DNA of 29,981 nt from Armatimonadota bacterium (GCA_052386995.1 JBQTJP010000092.1:1-29981), one strand, 5' to 3'; positions 8,843-18,373 are shown, numbered from the stretch's first letter. The notes: generated from the letters alone by a model not told the origin. Numbers and translations: made by a program.

Positions 8843-9859
8843 ATGAACCGGGTCGACCGGCTGGTAGGCTACCTTCTCTTTTTCCAAACCCACGGACAGG
8901 TACGGGCCGCCGACTTCGCCCAAAGGTTCGAGATCAGCGAGCGCACCGTCTATCGGGATATCCAGGCGCTCTCCGAAGTGGGCGTGCCGATCGTTGCGCT
9001 GCCTGGGAAGGGCTACCGGCTCACAGAGGGATACTATCTCCCGCCAATCGCCTTCTCGCCGGACGAGGCCAGGGCCCTGGCGCTCGCCCTCGGCATGATC
9101 ACGGGCGCGGCGGCCCGCGGACGCACGCGCGAGGCAGCCGTGGCAGCCTTGGAGAAGATCAGAGTCGTGCTCCCGAAGGAAACCCTGCGGCAGGTGGAGG
9201 CCTTGCTGGCTGTGACCCGCTTCTACAGTCATCCGGCCATGCAAGTGGACCTGGCGGACCGTAAACTCCTGGATCTCCAGCGCGCGATTCTTGACCGTCG
9301 AGTGGTGCAGCTGCAGTACCACGCTCACACCACGAACGAAGTGACCGTGCGCGATGTCGAACCCCTGCAACTGGTCTTGGTGGAACGCACCTGGATCCTG
9401 GACGCCTATTGCCGGCTGCGGCAGGCTTCCCGCGGCTTCCGACTCAACCGGGTCGATGCGTACAAAGTGCGAGAGGAGCGGTTCGTGCCCCGTGATCTGA
9501 GTGTCTGCGAGCGCGAACCCAGCCTCCGAGTGGTCGTCCGGTTCCAGCCCGATGTCGTGCGCTGGGTTCAGGAGCGGCAGCACTTCAGTTACTCGTCTCA
9601 AGAGACCGCCGAGGAACGCGCCCGGCGCGCCGGTGACGAGGTCATGATCTACCGGCCTCGCGCCTTCGACGTCATCGACGGCTGGCTTCTATCCTGGGGC
9701 GACACGTTCGAGGTGCTGGAGCCGCCCGAACTGCGCCAGCACCTCGAGGCGATTGCCGGCCGAATCGGGAGCCGGCACAGTGCGGACGGCGTGCCTCCTT
9801 CACGCCCAGACGGGGAGGCGCCAGAGCGGCTGCCTCAGCCGGTCTTGACCGGCTTGTAG
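8843..9859 (+). CDS. YafY-type HTH-WYL transcriptional regulator
   Basis: MNRVDRL...FEISERTVYRDIQAL HTH; RDVEPLQL..WILDAYCRLRQASRGFRLNR WYL domain; LLSWGDTFEVLEPPELR tail. Start ATG 8843. Confidence 0.93.
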   Translation: MNRVDRLVGYLLFFQTHGQVRAADFAQRFEISERTVYRDIQALSEVGVPIVALPGKGYRLTEGYYLPPIAFSPDEARALALALGMITGAAARGRTREAAVAALEKIRVVLPKETLRQVEALLAVTRFYSHPAMQVDLADRKLLDLQRAILDRRVVQLQYHAHTTNEVTVRDVEPLQLVLVERTWILDAYCRLRQASRGFRLNRVDAYKVREERFVPRDLSVCEREPSLRVVVRFQPDVVRWVQERQHFSYSSQETAEERARRAGDEVMIYRPRAFDVIDGWLLSWGDTFEVLEPPELRQHLEAIAGRIGSRHSADGVPPSRPDGEAPERLPQPVLTGL

Positions 9860-10203
9860 GCCCGCAGGACGTGACCGTCCGGCGTCCGGATGTGGAAGGT
9901 GCGCCCGAACGGCATGTCGTGCGGATCGCTGACGATTTCTACGCCGGCGGCCTTCCACCGGCGGTGTGCGGCGTCGACGTCATCCACTTCGAACGCGATC
10001 TCATAGGGCTGCGTGATGCTGGGCACCTCCACGCTGTTGAACACGCCGAACATGGCGCCGCCGTCCAACGCGAACGGCGTGAAGACGCCCGGCTGGCTCA
10101 TCTCCGGGATCGTCTTGAGCCCGAGTGTCTTCGTGTAGAACTCGGTCGTCTTCGCCACGTCCTTCACTACAAGGCCCACAAAGTTGAGCTGCCTGATGGC
10201 CAT
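9835..10203 (-). CDS. VOC family protein
   Basis: LVVKDVAKTTEFYTKTLG, IAFEVDDVD, PHDMPFGRTFHIRTPDGH; GGAGGT RBS before ATG 10203. 3' end overlaps the WYL gene by 25 bp. Confidence 0.9.
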   Translation of the reverse strand: MAIRQLNFVGLVVKDVAKTTEFYTKTLGLKTIPEMSQPGVFTPFALDGGAMFGVFNSVEVPSITQPYEIAFEVDDVDAAHRRWKAAGVEIVSDPHDMPFGRTFHIRTPDGHVLRAYKPVKTG

Positions 10204-10247
10204 TTGGGACACCTCCTGTGTGATCCCAGCACTCCTGAGGGTGCCGG

Positions 10248-10670
10248 TCAGTCTTTGACTTCCCATTTGGGATTCCAAGCGATTTCCCACAGATGTCCGT
10301 CCAGGTCCTGGAAATATCCGGAGTATCCTCCCCAAAAGCGGTCGTGCGCAGGGTCAGTGATTTTCGCTCCTGCCTTTTCTGCCTGCTTCATCACCGTATC
10401 GACTTCGTGTTTGGATCTAACGATGTGGCCGATGGAGAATTCTACAGGGCTTGGCAGACTCACGGACACCTTTGCATCTTTGCTCAGCGAGGCCCTTGGA
10501 TACAACGCCAGTATGAGATCGTCGTTCATGTTAAAGAAGACGACAGCACCGTCCTCAAACTCCGTGCCGATGATGCCTTGCGTCGGCAGACCCATCCCGT
10601 CGCGGTAAAAGGCCAGAGACTTCCCCAAATCGCTGACGCTTAACGTGAGGACCTTGATTCGTGGTTTCAT
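10248..10670 (-). CDS. VOC family protein
   Basis: TLSVSDLGKSLAFYRDGMG, DRFWGGYSGYFQDLDGHLWEIAWNP. Confidence 0.92.
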   Translation of the reverse strand: MKPRIKVLTLSVSDLGKSLAFYRDGMGLPTQGIIGTEFEDGAVVFFNMNDDLILALYPRASLSKDAKVSVSLPSPVEFSIGHIVRSKHEVDTVMKQAEKAGAKITDPAHDRFWGGYSGYFQDLDGHLWEIAWNPKWEVKD

Positions 10671-10816
10671 ATGGTCACCCGATCCGGTTTTGAGATCATT
10701 GTAAGGTCGGCTCCTGACACCCGTATGTCAGGAACCAGTAAGGCTACGACCGTGAGGGAAACCCCGAGAAGAGCGAGAACGTACGGCGGGTGATCAGACC
10801 TTAGAATGAGGGACGG

Positions 10817-11139
10817 GTGGTTGTGAAAATTCGTCTCAAGGACAGGCTGATAGTGGCAACGGCCGAGTCGGAAGAAGAGCACCAGGCGGTGGCGTCCTGG
10901 GCTCCGTCCGCCAATGGCCATGTCTTCGAGCCTTGCTCGCAAAGTTCTCGCAGCACGCGGAAGCGCGGGAGGCACTCGTCGCCACCGGCGAGCGGCCGCT
11001 GCAACATCGGACGCGTCGAGATAGCCGGACGATCCCAGGGGTCGTGATGGCCGACATTTGGATGCGGGTCCGTCGGGCACTTGTGAACCAGCACACCGAG
11101 GGGGAAGAGGCGGATGAGGACGCACCAGGAGCTCTATGA
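10817..11139 (+). pseudogene. Internally deleted NADAR-like (YbiA-related) gene
   Basis: Short N-terminal piece (KIRLKDRLIVATAESEEEH...) joined out of frame to AKFSQHAEAREALVATGERPLQH..DSRTIPG..MADIWMRVR, matching the NADAR C-terminal pattern KF.Q...LL.TG...LM.VR. Confidence 0.6.
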
Positions 11140-11872
11140 GGAACGGGCGCCCGGCATCTTCAGCCAGCCGCTGAATATGCCATCGGAGGAATACTTCTAT
11201 AAAGTAGGCGGAGTAGCAGCCTTTCTGGGTGTCGCTACCCTGCTGATCGCGACCTTGCTGCATCCCTTGGGTGCCGACCCTGGGGACGCGCCGGCGGCAT
11301 TCGCCGAATACGCCGCCGACCGATTTTGGGTGGTTTCACACCTCGGACAGCTTTTCGGTGTCGTTCTCATGGGTGGCGCTTTCGTGTCGCTGTCGTGGAG
11401 ACTGCGCCGCGGGCGCGCCGGGGTGTGGGCTATTCTTGGCGCTGCTGGAGTGCTCGCCTGCCTCTCGCTCGCGGGAGCTCTTCAAGCGGTCGATGGCATC
11501 GCGCTCAAGGTCATGGTCGATCGCTGGTCCACTACCGCACTCCAATCGCAGTCGCTGATCTTTGAGACCGCCTTTGCCGTGCGGCAGGTCGAGGTTGGTC
11601 TCGCCAGTATGTTGCTCGTGTTCCTGGGGTTAACGGCAGTACTGTATGGGGGCGCGTTGTTGTCCAGTGGTGAGGGGTCCAATCGGTTGGGGTGGCTGGG
11701 TATGGTGACTGGCGCGGCGACGATGACCTCGGGTGTGATTCAAGCGCACACCGGATTTTCGACTGTCGCGATGGCGGTGAGCATGCCCAGTAGTCTGTTG
11801 CTGTTGTTATGGACAGTGCTCGTGGGTCTGTTCCTGCTACGCAGTCGCCGCTCTCTTCTGCGGACGGCGTGA
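11114..11872 (+). CDS. Multi-pass membrane protein (DUF4386-like); alternative start 11177
   Basis: About six hydrophobic segments; LLHP, AFAEYAA..WVVSHLGQ, QAVDGIALK. Confidence 0.7.
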   Translation: MRTHQELYEERAPGIFSQPLNMPSEEYFYKVGGVAAFLGVATLLIATLLHPLGADPGDAPAAFAEYAADRFWVVSHLGQLFGVVLMGGAFVSLSWRLRRGRAGVWAILGAAGVLACLSLAGALQAVDGIALKVMVDRWSTTALQSQSLIFETAFAVRQVEVGLASMLLVFLGLTAVLYGGALLSSGEGSNRLGWLGMVTGAATMTSGVIQAHTGFSTVAMAVSMPSSLLLLLWTVLVGLFLLRSRRSLLRTA

Positions 11873-11879
11873 CGTTCCC

Positions 11880-12680
11880 ATGGAACAGTCGCTGCCTCGA
11901 GAGGCCTGGTCGGCCGGCGACCTCTACGAGCCTTACGTGGGGCGTTGGAGCCGGCTCGTGGCTAGAGAGTTTCTGCAATGGCTGGCGGTGCCGGCGGGAA
12001 AAGTCTGGCTCGATGTGGGATGTGGAACCGGCGCCCTTGCCCAGAACATTCTCGAGCACGCAAACCCAAAGTCTGTGAAAGGCATCGACCCGTCGCCTGG
12101 CTTTATCGAATACGCGAAAGCGCGCATCGGCACCGCACGCGCGGGCTTTGAAGTCGGAGACGCCCAGTCGCTGCCCATTGAGACATCAAGCGTTGACGTC
12201 GCCGTGGCTGGTCTTGCCCTGAACTTTGTGCCAGAGGCGCCACGGGCGGTTGCCGAAATGGCTCGCGTTGTCCGACGAGGCGGCATCGTCGGGGCCTATG
12301 TGTGGGACTATGCCGGAAAAATGGAGCTGATGCGCTACTTCTGGGACGCAGCGGTGGCGCTGGACTCTGCCGCACGCGAACTCGACGAAGGCCGTCGTTT
12401 CCCTATCTGCCGGCCGAAGCCCCTGAGTGAGCTCTTCGCTCAGGCTGGACTGCGGGACGTAGAGGCGCGGCCGATTGACGTTCCCACCGACTTCCATGAT
12501 TTTGATGACTACTGGTCCCCCTTTCTCGGCGGGCAGGCTCCTGCACCAGGCTATGCGATGTCGCTCAGCGAAGAGCGCAGAGGCGCACTCCGAGACCGGA
12601 TTCGCTCGACACTGCCGATTGCGGAGAACGGGGCGATCCGCCTGATAGCGCGCGCGTGGGCAGTCCGGGGCCGTACGTGA
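11880..12680 (+). CDS. Class I SAM-dependent methyltransferase
   Basis: WLDVGCGTGAL, GIDPS, VGDAQSLP, EMARVVRRGG. Confidence 0.93.
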   Translation: MEQSLPREAWSAGDLYEPYVGRWSRLVAREFLQWLAVPAGKVWLDVGCGTGALAQNILEHANPKSVKGIDPSPGFIEYAKARIGTARAGFEVGDAQSLPIETSSVDVAVAGLALNFVPEAPRAVAEMARVVRRGGIVGAYVWDYAGKMELMRYFWDAAVALDSAARELDEGRRFPICRPKPLSELFAQAGLRDVEARPIDVPTDFHDFDDYWSPFLGGQAPAPGYAMSLSEERRGALRDRIRSTLPIAENGAIRLIARAWAVRGRT

Positions 12681-12732
12681 TAGTAAAGCACAACCCGAGG
12701 AACAATCGCACGCGGGAAAAGTAGGGGGCCCG

Positions 12733-13152
12733 ATGCTAGATTTCAGCACCCGATTCGGCCGGCACGCAAACCGTCGTCTTCGGCAAGAGAAGATCGTCTG
12801 GCTCACTACGGTTGACGCCCGCAACACGCCGCAACCCAGGCCGGTGTGGTTTCATTGGGACGGTCGAACCATCTTGATCTTCAGCGAAAGGAACAAGGCG
12901 AAGCTGCGGCATATTGCCCGCAATCCGAGGGTCGCTCTGAACTTCAACACGGACGAGGACGGCGATGATGTCGTCATTCTTGTGGGCAACGCTGAGGTTT
13001 TGGACAAGCCACCGCCTCCCAGTCGGATCAAGAGTTACCTGAGAAAGTACCGCGAAGGCATCAAGGATTTGGAGATGGTCGTTGCGGAGTTTAGAGATGC
13101 ATTCGCCGTCCCGATTCTTGTCACTCCGCAGGCGATTCGAGGATTTTTCTGA
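12733..13152 (+). CDS. Pyridoxamine 5'-phosphate oxidase-like (PPOX class, putatively F420-dependent) protein
   Basis: WLTTVD...PQPRPVWFHWDG, KLRHIARNPRVALNF. Confidence 0.85.
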   Translation: MLDFSTRFGRHANRRLRQEKIVWLTTVDARNTPQPRPVWFHWDGRTILIFSERNKAKLRHIARNPRVALNFNTDEDGDDVVILVGNAEVLDKPPPPSRIKSYLRKYREGIKDLEMVVAEFRDAFAVPILVTPQAIRGFF

Positions 13153-13243
13153 TGAGCCCCTGGGTCATTGGAAGGGAAGGGCAGGCGTGAGATTGAACCG
13201 TCCGTCCTAATCAATTTGCTTTCTCTACAAAGGGGGCATTCTG

Positions 13244-13759
13244 ATGAAAGCCGTGGTTGTGTTCACTATTCTCGGCGTGATGGTGCTCCCACTCGCACAC
13301 GCGGTGTCGGCTCCCGATCAGGACGTCTGGGAGATGAAAGCGAACCCTTCTTTGAAGGGAGCGACGGGTCGTCTCCTCGTTAAAGTCCCCACCAAAGCCA
13401 GCATGATTTTTCAAGTGTACAAAGGTGGTGAACAGGACCCCTATAAGCACATCACAGCGTGGTACGATGGTGCGGCTTCGAACTTCATGCCGGATAAGTA
13501 TGACGTCAAGATCTGGGACGCGCGCATTGACGGCGTGCCCGTCGAGCGTGGCAAAGACACGCGGATTCGAGTCGGCGTGCTTCACGTCATGCTCGACGGT
13601 ACGTATGAAGTGTACGATGAAAGTAAGACGAAAAAAGTGTTCGGTGGGCACGCGAAGGAAAAGAGCAAGATCGTCTTGCCAGCGGGCACGTATCACGTGA
13701 AGGTCAAGGATGCTTTCGGAGAAACAGTCATCAAGGATGGACAGGTGACGCAGTTCTAG
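13244..13759 (+). CDS. Hypothetical secreted protein with two tandem beta-rich repeats
   Basis: Signal peptide; internal similarity GRLLV..FMPDKYDVKI..VERGKDTRI vs GVLHV..LPAGTYHVKV..IKDGQVTQF. Confidence 0.7.
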   Translation: MKAVVVFTILGVMVLPLAHAVSAPDQDVWEMKANPSLKGATGRLLVKVPTKASMIFQVYKGGEQDPYKHITAWYDGAASNFMPDKYDVKIWDARIDGVPVERGKDTRIRVGVLHVMLDGTYEVYDESKTKKVFGGHAKEKSKIVLPAGTYHVKVKDAFGETVIKDGQVTQF

Positions 13760-13858
13760 CATCGGGCGCTCGACTTCGGTCTAATCAGCCTACCCTCGCC
13801 TAATTCCTTTCTCTCGGATGCGGTTGCATCTGCACGGGCAGTGAATGGAGGTGCCTGA

Positions 13859-14632
13859 GTGTACCGGACGGACATGTATGAAGGAATGCTTGCGGAAACC
13901 GTCAGCATGCAAGGATTCAAGGGGGACATCATCAACGCGTACGTTGCGCGGCCGCTCGGCCCTGGGCCGTTCCCCGGCGTCGTTCTGATCCATCACATAC
14001 CCGGCTGGGATGAATGGTACCGGGAGGCCACGCGCCGGTTCGCCCACCACGGTTACGCGGCAATCTCCCCCAACCTGTACTACCGCGAGGGCCATGGGAC
14101 CCCCGAAGATGTAGCGGCCAAAGTCCGTGCGGCGGGTGGCGTCCCGGACGACCAGGCTGTGGGCGATATCGAAGGGGCGATGCGTTTTCTTCGCTCATTC
14201 CCGGGAAGCAACGGCAAGGTGGGGGTCTTCGGCACGTGTTCGGGAGGACGCCATGCGGTCCTCGCGGCATCTCGCGTGAAAGGTTTCGATGCGGCCGTCG
14301 ACTGCTGGGGTGGGCGGGTGGTGATGTCAAAGGAAGAACTCACTCCCAAGCAGCCCGTCGCCCCTATTGACTACACTAAAGACCTGTCGTGTCCGCTGCT
14401 TGGGCTCTTCGGCGAAGAGGACCGGGGTCCCACACCACAGCAGGTGGCGCAGCACGAGCAGGAGCTCAAGAAGCACGGCAAGACGTACGAGTCCCATATG
14501 TATCCCAACGCCGGTCACGGTTTCTTCTACTACGACCGGCCGGCCTACCGGCAAGAACAGGCGGTGGACGGTTGGAAGAAAGTCTTCGCCTTTCTCGAGA
14601 AGTACCTCGGCACGCCTGCGAAGACCGCGTAG
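13859..14632 (+). CDS. Dienelactone hydrolase family protein
   Basis: PGVVLIHH, GVFGTCSGG nucleophile elbow, GLFGEED, YPNAGHGF. Confidence 0.93.
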   Translation: MYRTDMYEGMLAETVSMQGFKGDIINAYVARPLGPGPFPGVVLIHHIPGWDEWYREATRRFAHHGYAAISPNLYYREGHGTPEDVAAKVRAAGGVPDDQAVGDIEGAMRFLRSFPGSNGKVGVFGTCSGGRHAVLAASRVKGFDAAVDCWGGRVVMSKEELTPKQPVAPIDYTKDLSCPLLGLFGEEDRGPTPQQVAQHEQELKKHGKTYESHMYPNAGHGFFYYDRPAYRQEQAVDGWKKVFAFLEKYLGTPAKTA

Positions 14633-14663
14633 CCCCTCGGTGACTTCGGAAAGGAGCGCGACG

Positions 14664-14960
14664 ATGTGTACCATGATTGTCAATCAAGCGAAGATCTGGG
14701 GCAGCGGCAAAGGAGCGCACGGATGGTTCACGCTCTGCGAGGTCAACGTGTCCTATGATCACCCGTTCCATGCACCACTAGAGCATGCCCTGAACATCGA
14801 CTTTGTGAACGCGTCGGAGGGTCCGAGCGCACGCGTGGCGGTAGAGTTGAATGTGGAGTCGGCGCGACAGCTCGCCCAGACGATCCTCGCGACGTTGGAA
14901 CGCGCCGAGGCAGGCGGATACCTTGCGACAACCGAAAACGCTGTGTCTAGGGTGGAGTGA
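14664..14960 (+). CDS. Small conserved protein (DUF6295-like)
   Basis: AAGGAG RBS; MCTMI..GSGKG..GWF..YDHPFHAPLEHALNIDF..ARVAVEL. Family name from recall. Confidence 0.7.
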   Translation: MCTMIVNQAKIWGSGKGAHGWFTLCEVNVSYDHPFHAPLEHALNIDFVNASEGPSARVAVELNVESARQLAQTILATLERAEAGGYLATTENAVSRVE

Positions 14961-15001
14961 CGGTCAACATGATCTATGAGGACTAGGAAGGAGCGGGCCT
15001 G

Positions 15002-16153
15002 ATGTCACGCGGGATCTCCAGGATTGTGATCATCGCCTGTTTGGCGTCGGTGGCACCGGCGCTGGCCCAGAGTCAGGATCAGGCGTCGCGCTCGCCGACC
15101 CCGGCGTCGCTGAGCGGGATTGTCCGTGTCGAGACCGTTGCCCGCGGGCTCGAACGTCCCTGGGCGCTTGCCTTTCTGCCTGACGGGCGCATGCTGGTCA
15201 CCGAGCGTCCGGGGCGGTTGCGCCGCGTCGAACGAGACGGTCGCGCATCCGAGCCGCTCTCCGGGGTGCCCCAGGTGTTCGCGCAGGGGCAGGGCGGGCT
15301 GCTGGACGTTGCGCTGAGCCCGGGTTTCGCACAGGATCGGCTCGTGTACCTGTCGTTCGCTGAGGCCGGCGAAGGCGGGGCCGGCACCGCCGTGGCCCGA
15401 GGACGGCTCGGTGAGCGCGGCCTCGAAGACACACAGGTCATCTGGCGGCAGCAGCCCAAGGTGAGCGGCGCCAACCACTGGGGCTCGCGGCTCGTGTTCC
15501 GCTCTGATGGCACGCTCTTCGTGACCTTGGGTGATCGGTTCGCCTATCGCGAGCGTGCGCAGGATCTCTCGGTGACGTTGGGCAAGATCGTCCGGATCAA
15601 CCCGGACGGCTCGGTGCCGCGCGATAATCCGTTCGTCGGTCGCGACGGAGCACGCCCCGAGATCTGGTCATACGGGCATCGGAACGTCCAGAGCGCGGCG
15701 CTCTTTGCACAAACCGGACAGCTGTGGACCGTGGAGCATGGCGCGCGCGGCGGTGACGAGCTGAACCGGCCGGAGGCTGGGAAGAACTATGGCTGGCCGG
15801 TCATCACCTATGGCGTCGACTATTCGGGTGCCAGGATCGGCGAAGGCACGGCGAAGACAGGCATGGAGCAGCCGGTCTACTACTGGGATCCCGTGATCGC
15901 GCCCTCCGGCATGACCTTCTATACGGGCGATGCGTTTTCCGGCTGGAGGGGAAGCATCCTCATCGGCTCGTTGACGCCTGGACTTCTGGTGAGACTGACG
16001 ATAGAGAACGGCAGGGTGGCGCGAGAAGAGAGGTACCTCGGCGATCTGCGGGAGCGCATTCGCGACGTGCGTCAGGGACCGGATGGTCTGCTCTACCTCC
16101 TGACCGATAATACTGACGGGCGCATCCTTCGGATACTGCCGGCGACCCGTTGA
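15002..16153 (+). CDS. PQQ-dependent aldose sugar dehydrogenase (YliI/Asd family), secreted
   Basis: [63 protein letters not shown]. Confidence 0.93.
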   Translation: MSRGISRIVIIACLASVAPALAQSQDQASRSPTPASLSGIVRVETVARGLERPWALAFLPDGRMLVTERPGRLRRVERDGRASEPLSGVPQVFAQGQGGLLDVALSPGFAQDRLVYLSFAEAGEGGAGTAVARGRLGERGLEDTQVIWRQQPKVSGANHWGSRLVFRSDGTLFVTLGDRFAYRERAQDLSVTLGKIVRINPDGSVPRDNPFVGRDGARPEIWSYGHRNVQSAALFAQTGQLWTVEHGARGGDELNRPEAGKNYGWPVITYGVDYSGARIGEGTAKTGMEQPVYYWDPVIAPSGMTFYTGDAFSGWRGSILIGSLTPGLLVRLTIENGRVAREERYLGDLRERIRDVRQGPDGLLYLLTDNTDGRILRILPATR

Positions 16154-16188
16154 GGGCAAAGCGTGTGGAGTTTGATTGAAAGCGCCCC

Positions 16189-16216
16189 TTGACTATCGAA
16201 CATATGTTCGTATAAT
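16189..16216 (+). promoter_or_regulatory. Sigma70-type promoter with a LexA (SOS) box in the spacer
   Basis: TTGACT(16189-94)-16 nt-TATAAT(16211-16); perfect palindrome CGAACATATGTTCG (16197-16210) matching the Gram-positive-type GAAC-N4-GTTC box. Confidence 0.92.
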
Positions 16217-16239
16217 GAGGGTGAGCCAGTGAGGCCATT

Positions 16240-16893
16240 GTGGCGTTGTTACCTTCACTTGCTGTCCTTCTCCCAGAGTCACGGTCCCAGCCTATCCCCT
16301 GGAGCCTGGCAATGGCAGCAGGCCGCCTCGTGGAGCTCGCGGGATCCGAGGACACTGCGGCCCTCACCATGGCCGCGGGCCTGGTTCTCGATGCACAGCA
16401 GGGCGGCGAGCAGGCGGGCTGGGTCAGCCCCTCAGAGAGCCTCTTCTTCCCTCCCGACATCCTGGAGAGTGGGATTGATTTAGACGCGCTCGTTGTAGTG
16501 CGCGTGCCGGATGCCGCCGCCGCCGCGCGTGCCGCCGATAAACTCATCCGGTCGGGCTCATTCGGAATCGTCGTTGTAGATGCCGGCGCTGATCCGCGCA
16601 TCCCCACCCCGCTATTGGCGCGCCTAGCCTCACTCGCTCAGCGCAATCACACCGCATTGGTCTTTCTCACGCAGCAGAGAGGCACCTGGGCGTCCCCCGC
16701 CGCAACGCCAGCCACCACACGTACCGATGGCACATCTCCCCTCGGTTCCCTCATCTCATTGCGCGTGCGGGCCCGGCGGCATCGGATCGCCGCCGACAGG
16801 TTCCGCTGCTGGCTCGATGTCCTCAAGGACAAGCGGCGGGGACCGACTTGGAGACACGACGAGGTGTGCCGTGGAGCGCCTGGCATGCGTTAA
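16240..16893 (+). CDS. imuA: ImuA/RecA-like mutasome accessory protein (degenerate Walker A)
   Basis: GRLVELAG, GIDLDALVVVR, ADKLIRSGSFGIVVVD RecA-fold motifs; first gene of the cassette. Confidence 0.8.
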   Translation: MALLPSLAVLLPESRSQPIPWSLAMAAGRLVELAGSEDTAALTMAAGLVLDAQQGGEQAGWVSPSESLFFPPDILESGIDLDALVVVRVPDAAAAARAADKLIRSGSFGIVVVDAGADPRIPTPLLARLASLAQRNHTALVFLTQQRGTWASPAATPATTRTDGTSPLGSLISLRVRARRHRIAADRFRCWLDVLKDKRRGPTWRHDEVCRGAPGMR

Positions 16894-18361
16894 CGTTCCG
16901 GCGCTGCCGCTGCAGATGGCGTTGCAGGACCATCCGGACTGGCGGCGGTACCCGGTCGCGGTCGTCGCCGAGGATCGACCCCACAGTCCGATTCTGTGGG
17001 TCAATGGCCGCGCAAAGAAGTCCGGCATCATGCCCGGTCTGAGCTACGCCTCGGGTCTCTCGCTTCTGCCGGACCTGCGCGCGGCCCCGCTCCTGCTCAC
17101 CCACGTTGCGAACACGGTCGAGGCTCTTGCCGCACGGCTGCGCGCCTTCTCTCCGGAAGTCGAGCCGTCCAACGATGAGCCGGGCGTGTTCTGGGCAAAC
17201 CTTTCGGGACTGCATCATCTGTATGCGTCACTTGACGGCTGGGCCGGCGGCGTGCGGGCGGATCTTGCCGGCAAGGGATTCACCGCGGTCGTGGCCGTGG
17301 GGTTCACCAGATTCGGCACCTACGCTGCGGCACGAATTGGCCGAAGCGTTCAGGTGTTCACCGACCCCAATGAAGAATGCCAAGCTGCGGGGCGCGCGCC
17401 TCTGGCACGCATCACGGCCATCCCGCCGCAGACCCTCGACGCGCTGCACCAGCTCGGAGTGCGGTCGGTGAGCGCGCTGCTGCGTCTCCCGGCCGCGGGG
17501 CTGCTCGAGCGGTTCGGGCCAGAGCTGCACCGGCTGCATCGGATGGCGGCCGGTGATCTCTTGACCCCTCTGCAGCCGCAGGTGCCCGTTGATCCCATCA
17601 GGCGTTCCGTGCTGCTCGATGATCCCGAGAATGACGCCAGCGGCCTGCTGTTCCTCATCAAGCGGCTGCTGCATCCTTTGCTGGCAACGCTCGCCGCCCG
17701 CGGGCAGGCACTGGCTGCCCTCGACCTGCGGCTGCGTCCGGACCGGCAGGCATGGTGCGCGGAGCGGATTCGTCCCGCGGCGCCGACGCTCGATGCGGTG
17801 CAGATCCTCGATCTCGCGCGCCTGCGCCTGGAGTCGGTGGGACTTGCCGCCGGCGTGATCGAGCTCGAGCTGGAGGCGTGCGGTCAGCCCGCCACGCCCG
17901 AGCAGATCCACCTCTTTGCCGAGCACCAGCAGCGAGATCTCGAGGCCGGCAACCGGGCGCTGGCGAGGCTGCGGGCGGAATTGGGTGACAATGCAGTGGT
18001 GCGCGCGGTGCTGCGGAAGGGCCACCTGCCCGAAGCCCGCTTCGGATGGGAGCCGATGGAGCGGCTACAATCTCCCCAGCCTCGTTCGGTCGAAGTGCGA
18101 TCGCTTGTCCGCCGCGTATTCGCGCGGCCTGTGGCGCTGCCACCAGCCCCGCGTCCATCGCACGACGACGGCTGGCTCATCTCCGGTGTGGTGCGCGGGT
18201 CGGTGTCAGATCAGACTGGTCCCTACGTTCTGTCCGGCGGCTGGTGGGTGCGCGAGGTGCGGCGCGACTACTACTTTGTTGAGACCCGCCGCGGCGAGCT
18301 GCTGTGGGTGTATTACGACCGCCGGCGGCGGGGCTGGTTCCAGCATGGCCGGGTGGAATGA
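16871..18361 (+). CDS. imuB: ImuB, catalytically inactive Y-family polymerase
   Basis: RLACVNVPALPLQ, AKKSGIMPG, FSPEVE, LHQLGVRSV, C-terminal GPYVLSGGWW..RRDYYFVE..LWVY. Start GTG 16871 with GAGGTG RBS. Confidence 0.9.
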   Translation: MERLACVNVPALPLQMALQDHPDWRRYPVAVVAEDRPHSPILWVNGRAKKSGIMPGLSYASGLSLLPDLRAAPLLLTHVANTVEALAARLRAFSPEVEPSNDEPGVFWANLSGLHHLYASLDGWAGGVRADLAGKGFTAVVAVGFTRFGTYAAARIGRSVQVFTDPNEECQAAGRAPLARITAIPPQTLDALHQLGVRSVSALLRLPAAGLLERFGPELHRLHRMAAGDLLTPLQPQVPVDPIRRSVLLDDPENDASGLLFLIKRLLHPLLATLAARGQALAALDLRLRPDRQAWCAERIRPAAPTLDAVQILDLARLRLESVGLAAGVIELELEACGQPATPEQIHLFAEHQQRDLEAGNRALARLRAELGDNAVVRAVLRKGHLPEARFGWEPMERLQSPQPRSVEVRSLVRRVFARPVALPPAPRPSHDDGWLISGVVRGSVSDQTGPYVLSGGWWVREVRRDYYFVETRRGELLWVYYDRRRRGWFQHGRVE

Positions 18362-18373
18362 GCGCCGAGTGAA

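Noticed and set aside
8585..9601. Long antisense ORFs (also 9871-10608, 17228-18025, 24199-24885 and similar)
   Set aside because: Shadow frames of well-supported genes in high-GC DNA
10667..11263. 198-aa minus-strand ORF
   Set aside because: Mostly antisense to the NADAR-like relic and membrane gene; only a short hydrophobic tail might be a real gene scrap
5100..15000. Integron cassette array
   Set aside because: Isolated TAAC words follow a few stops (3161, 6186, 6983), but there are no paired GTTRRRY ends, no room for attC hairpins and no intI
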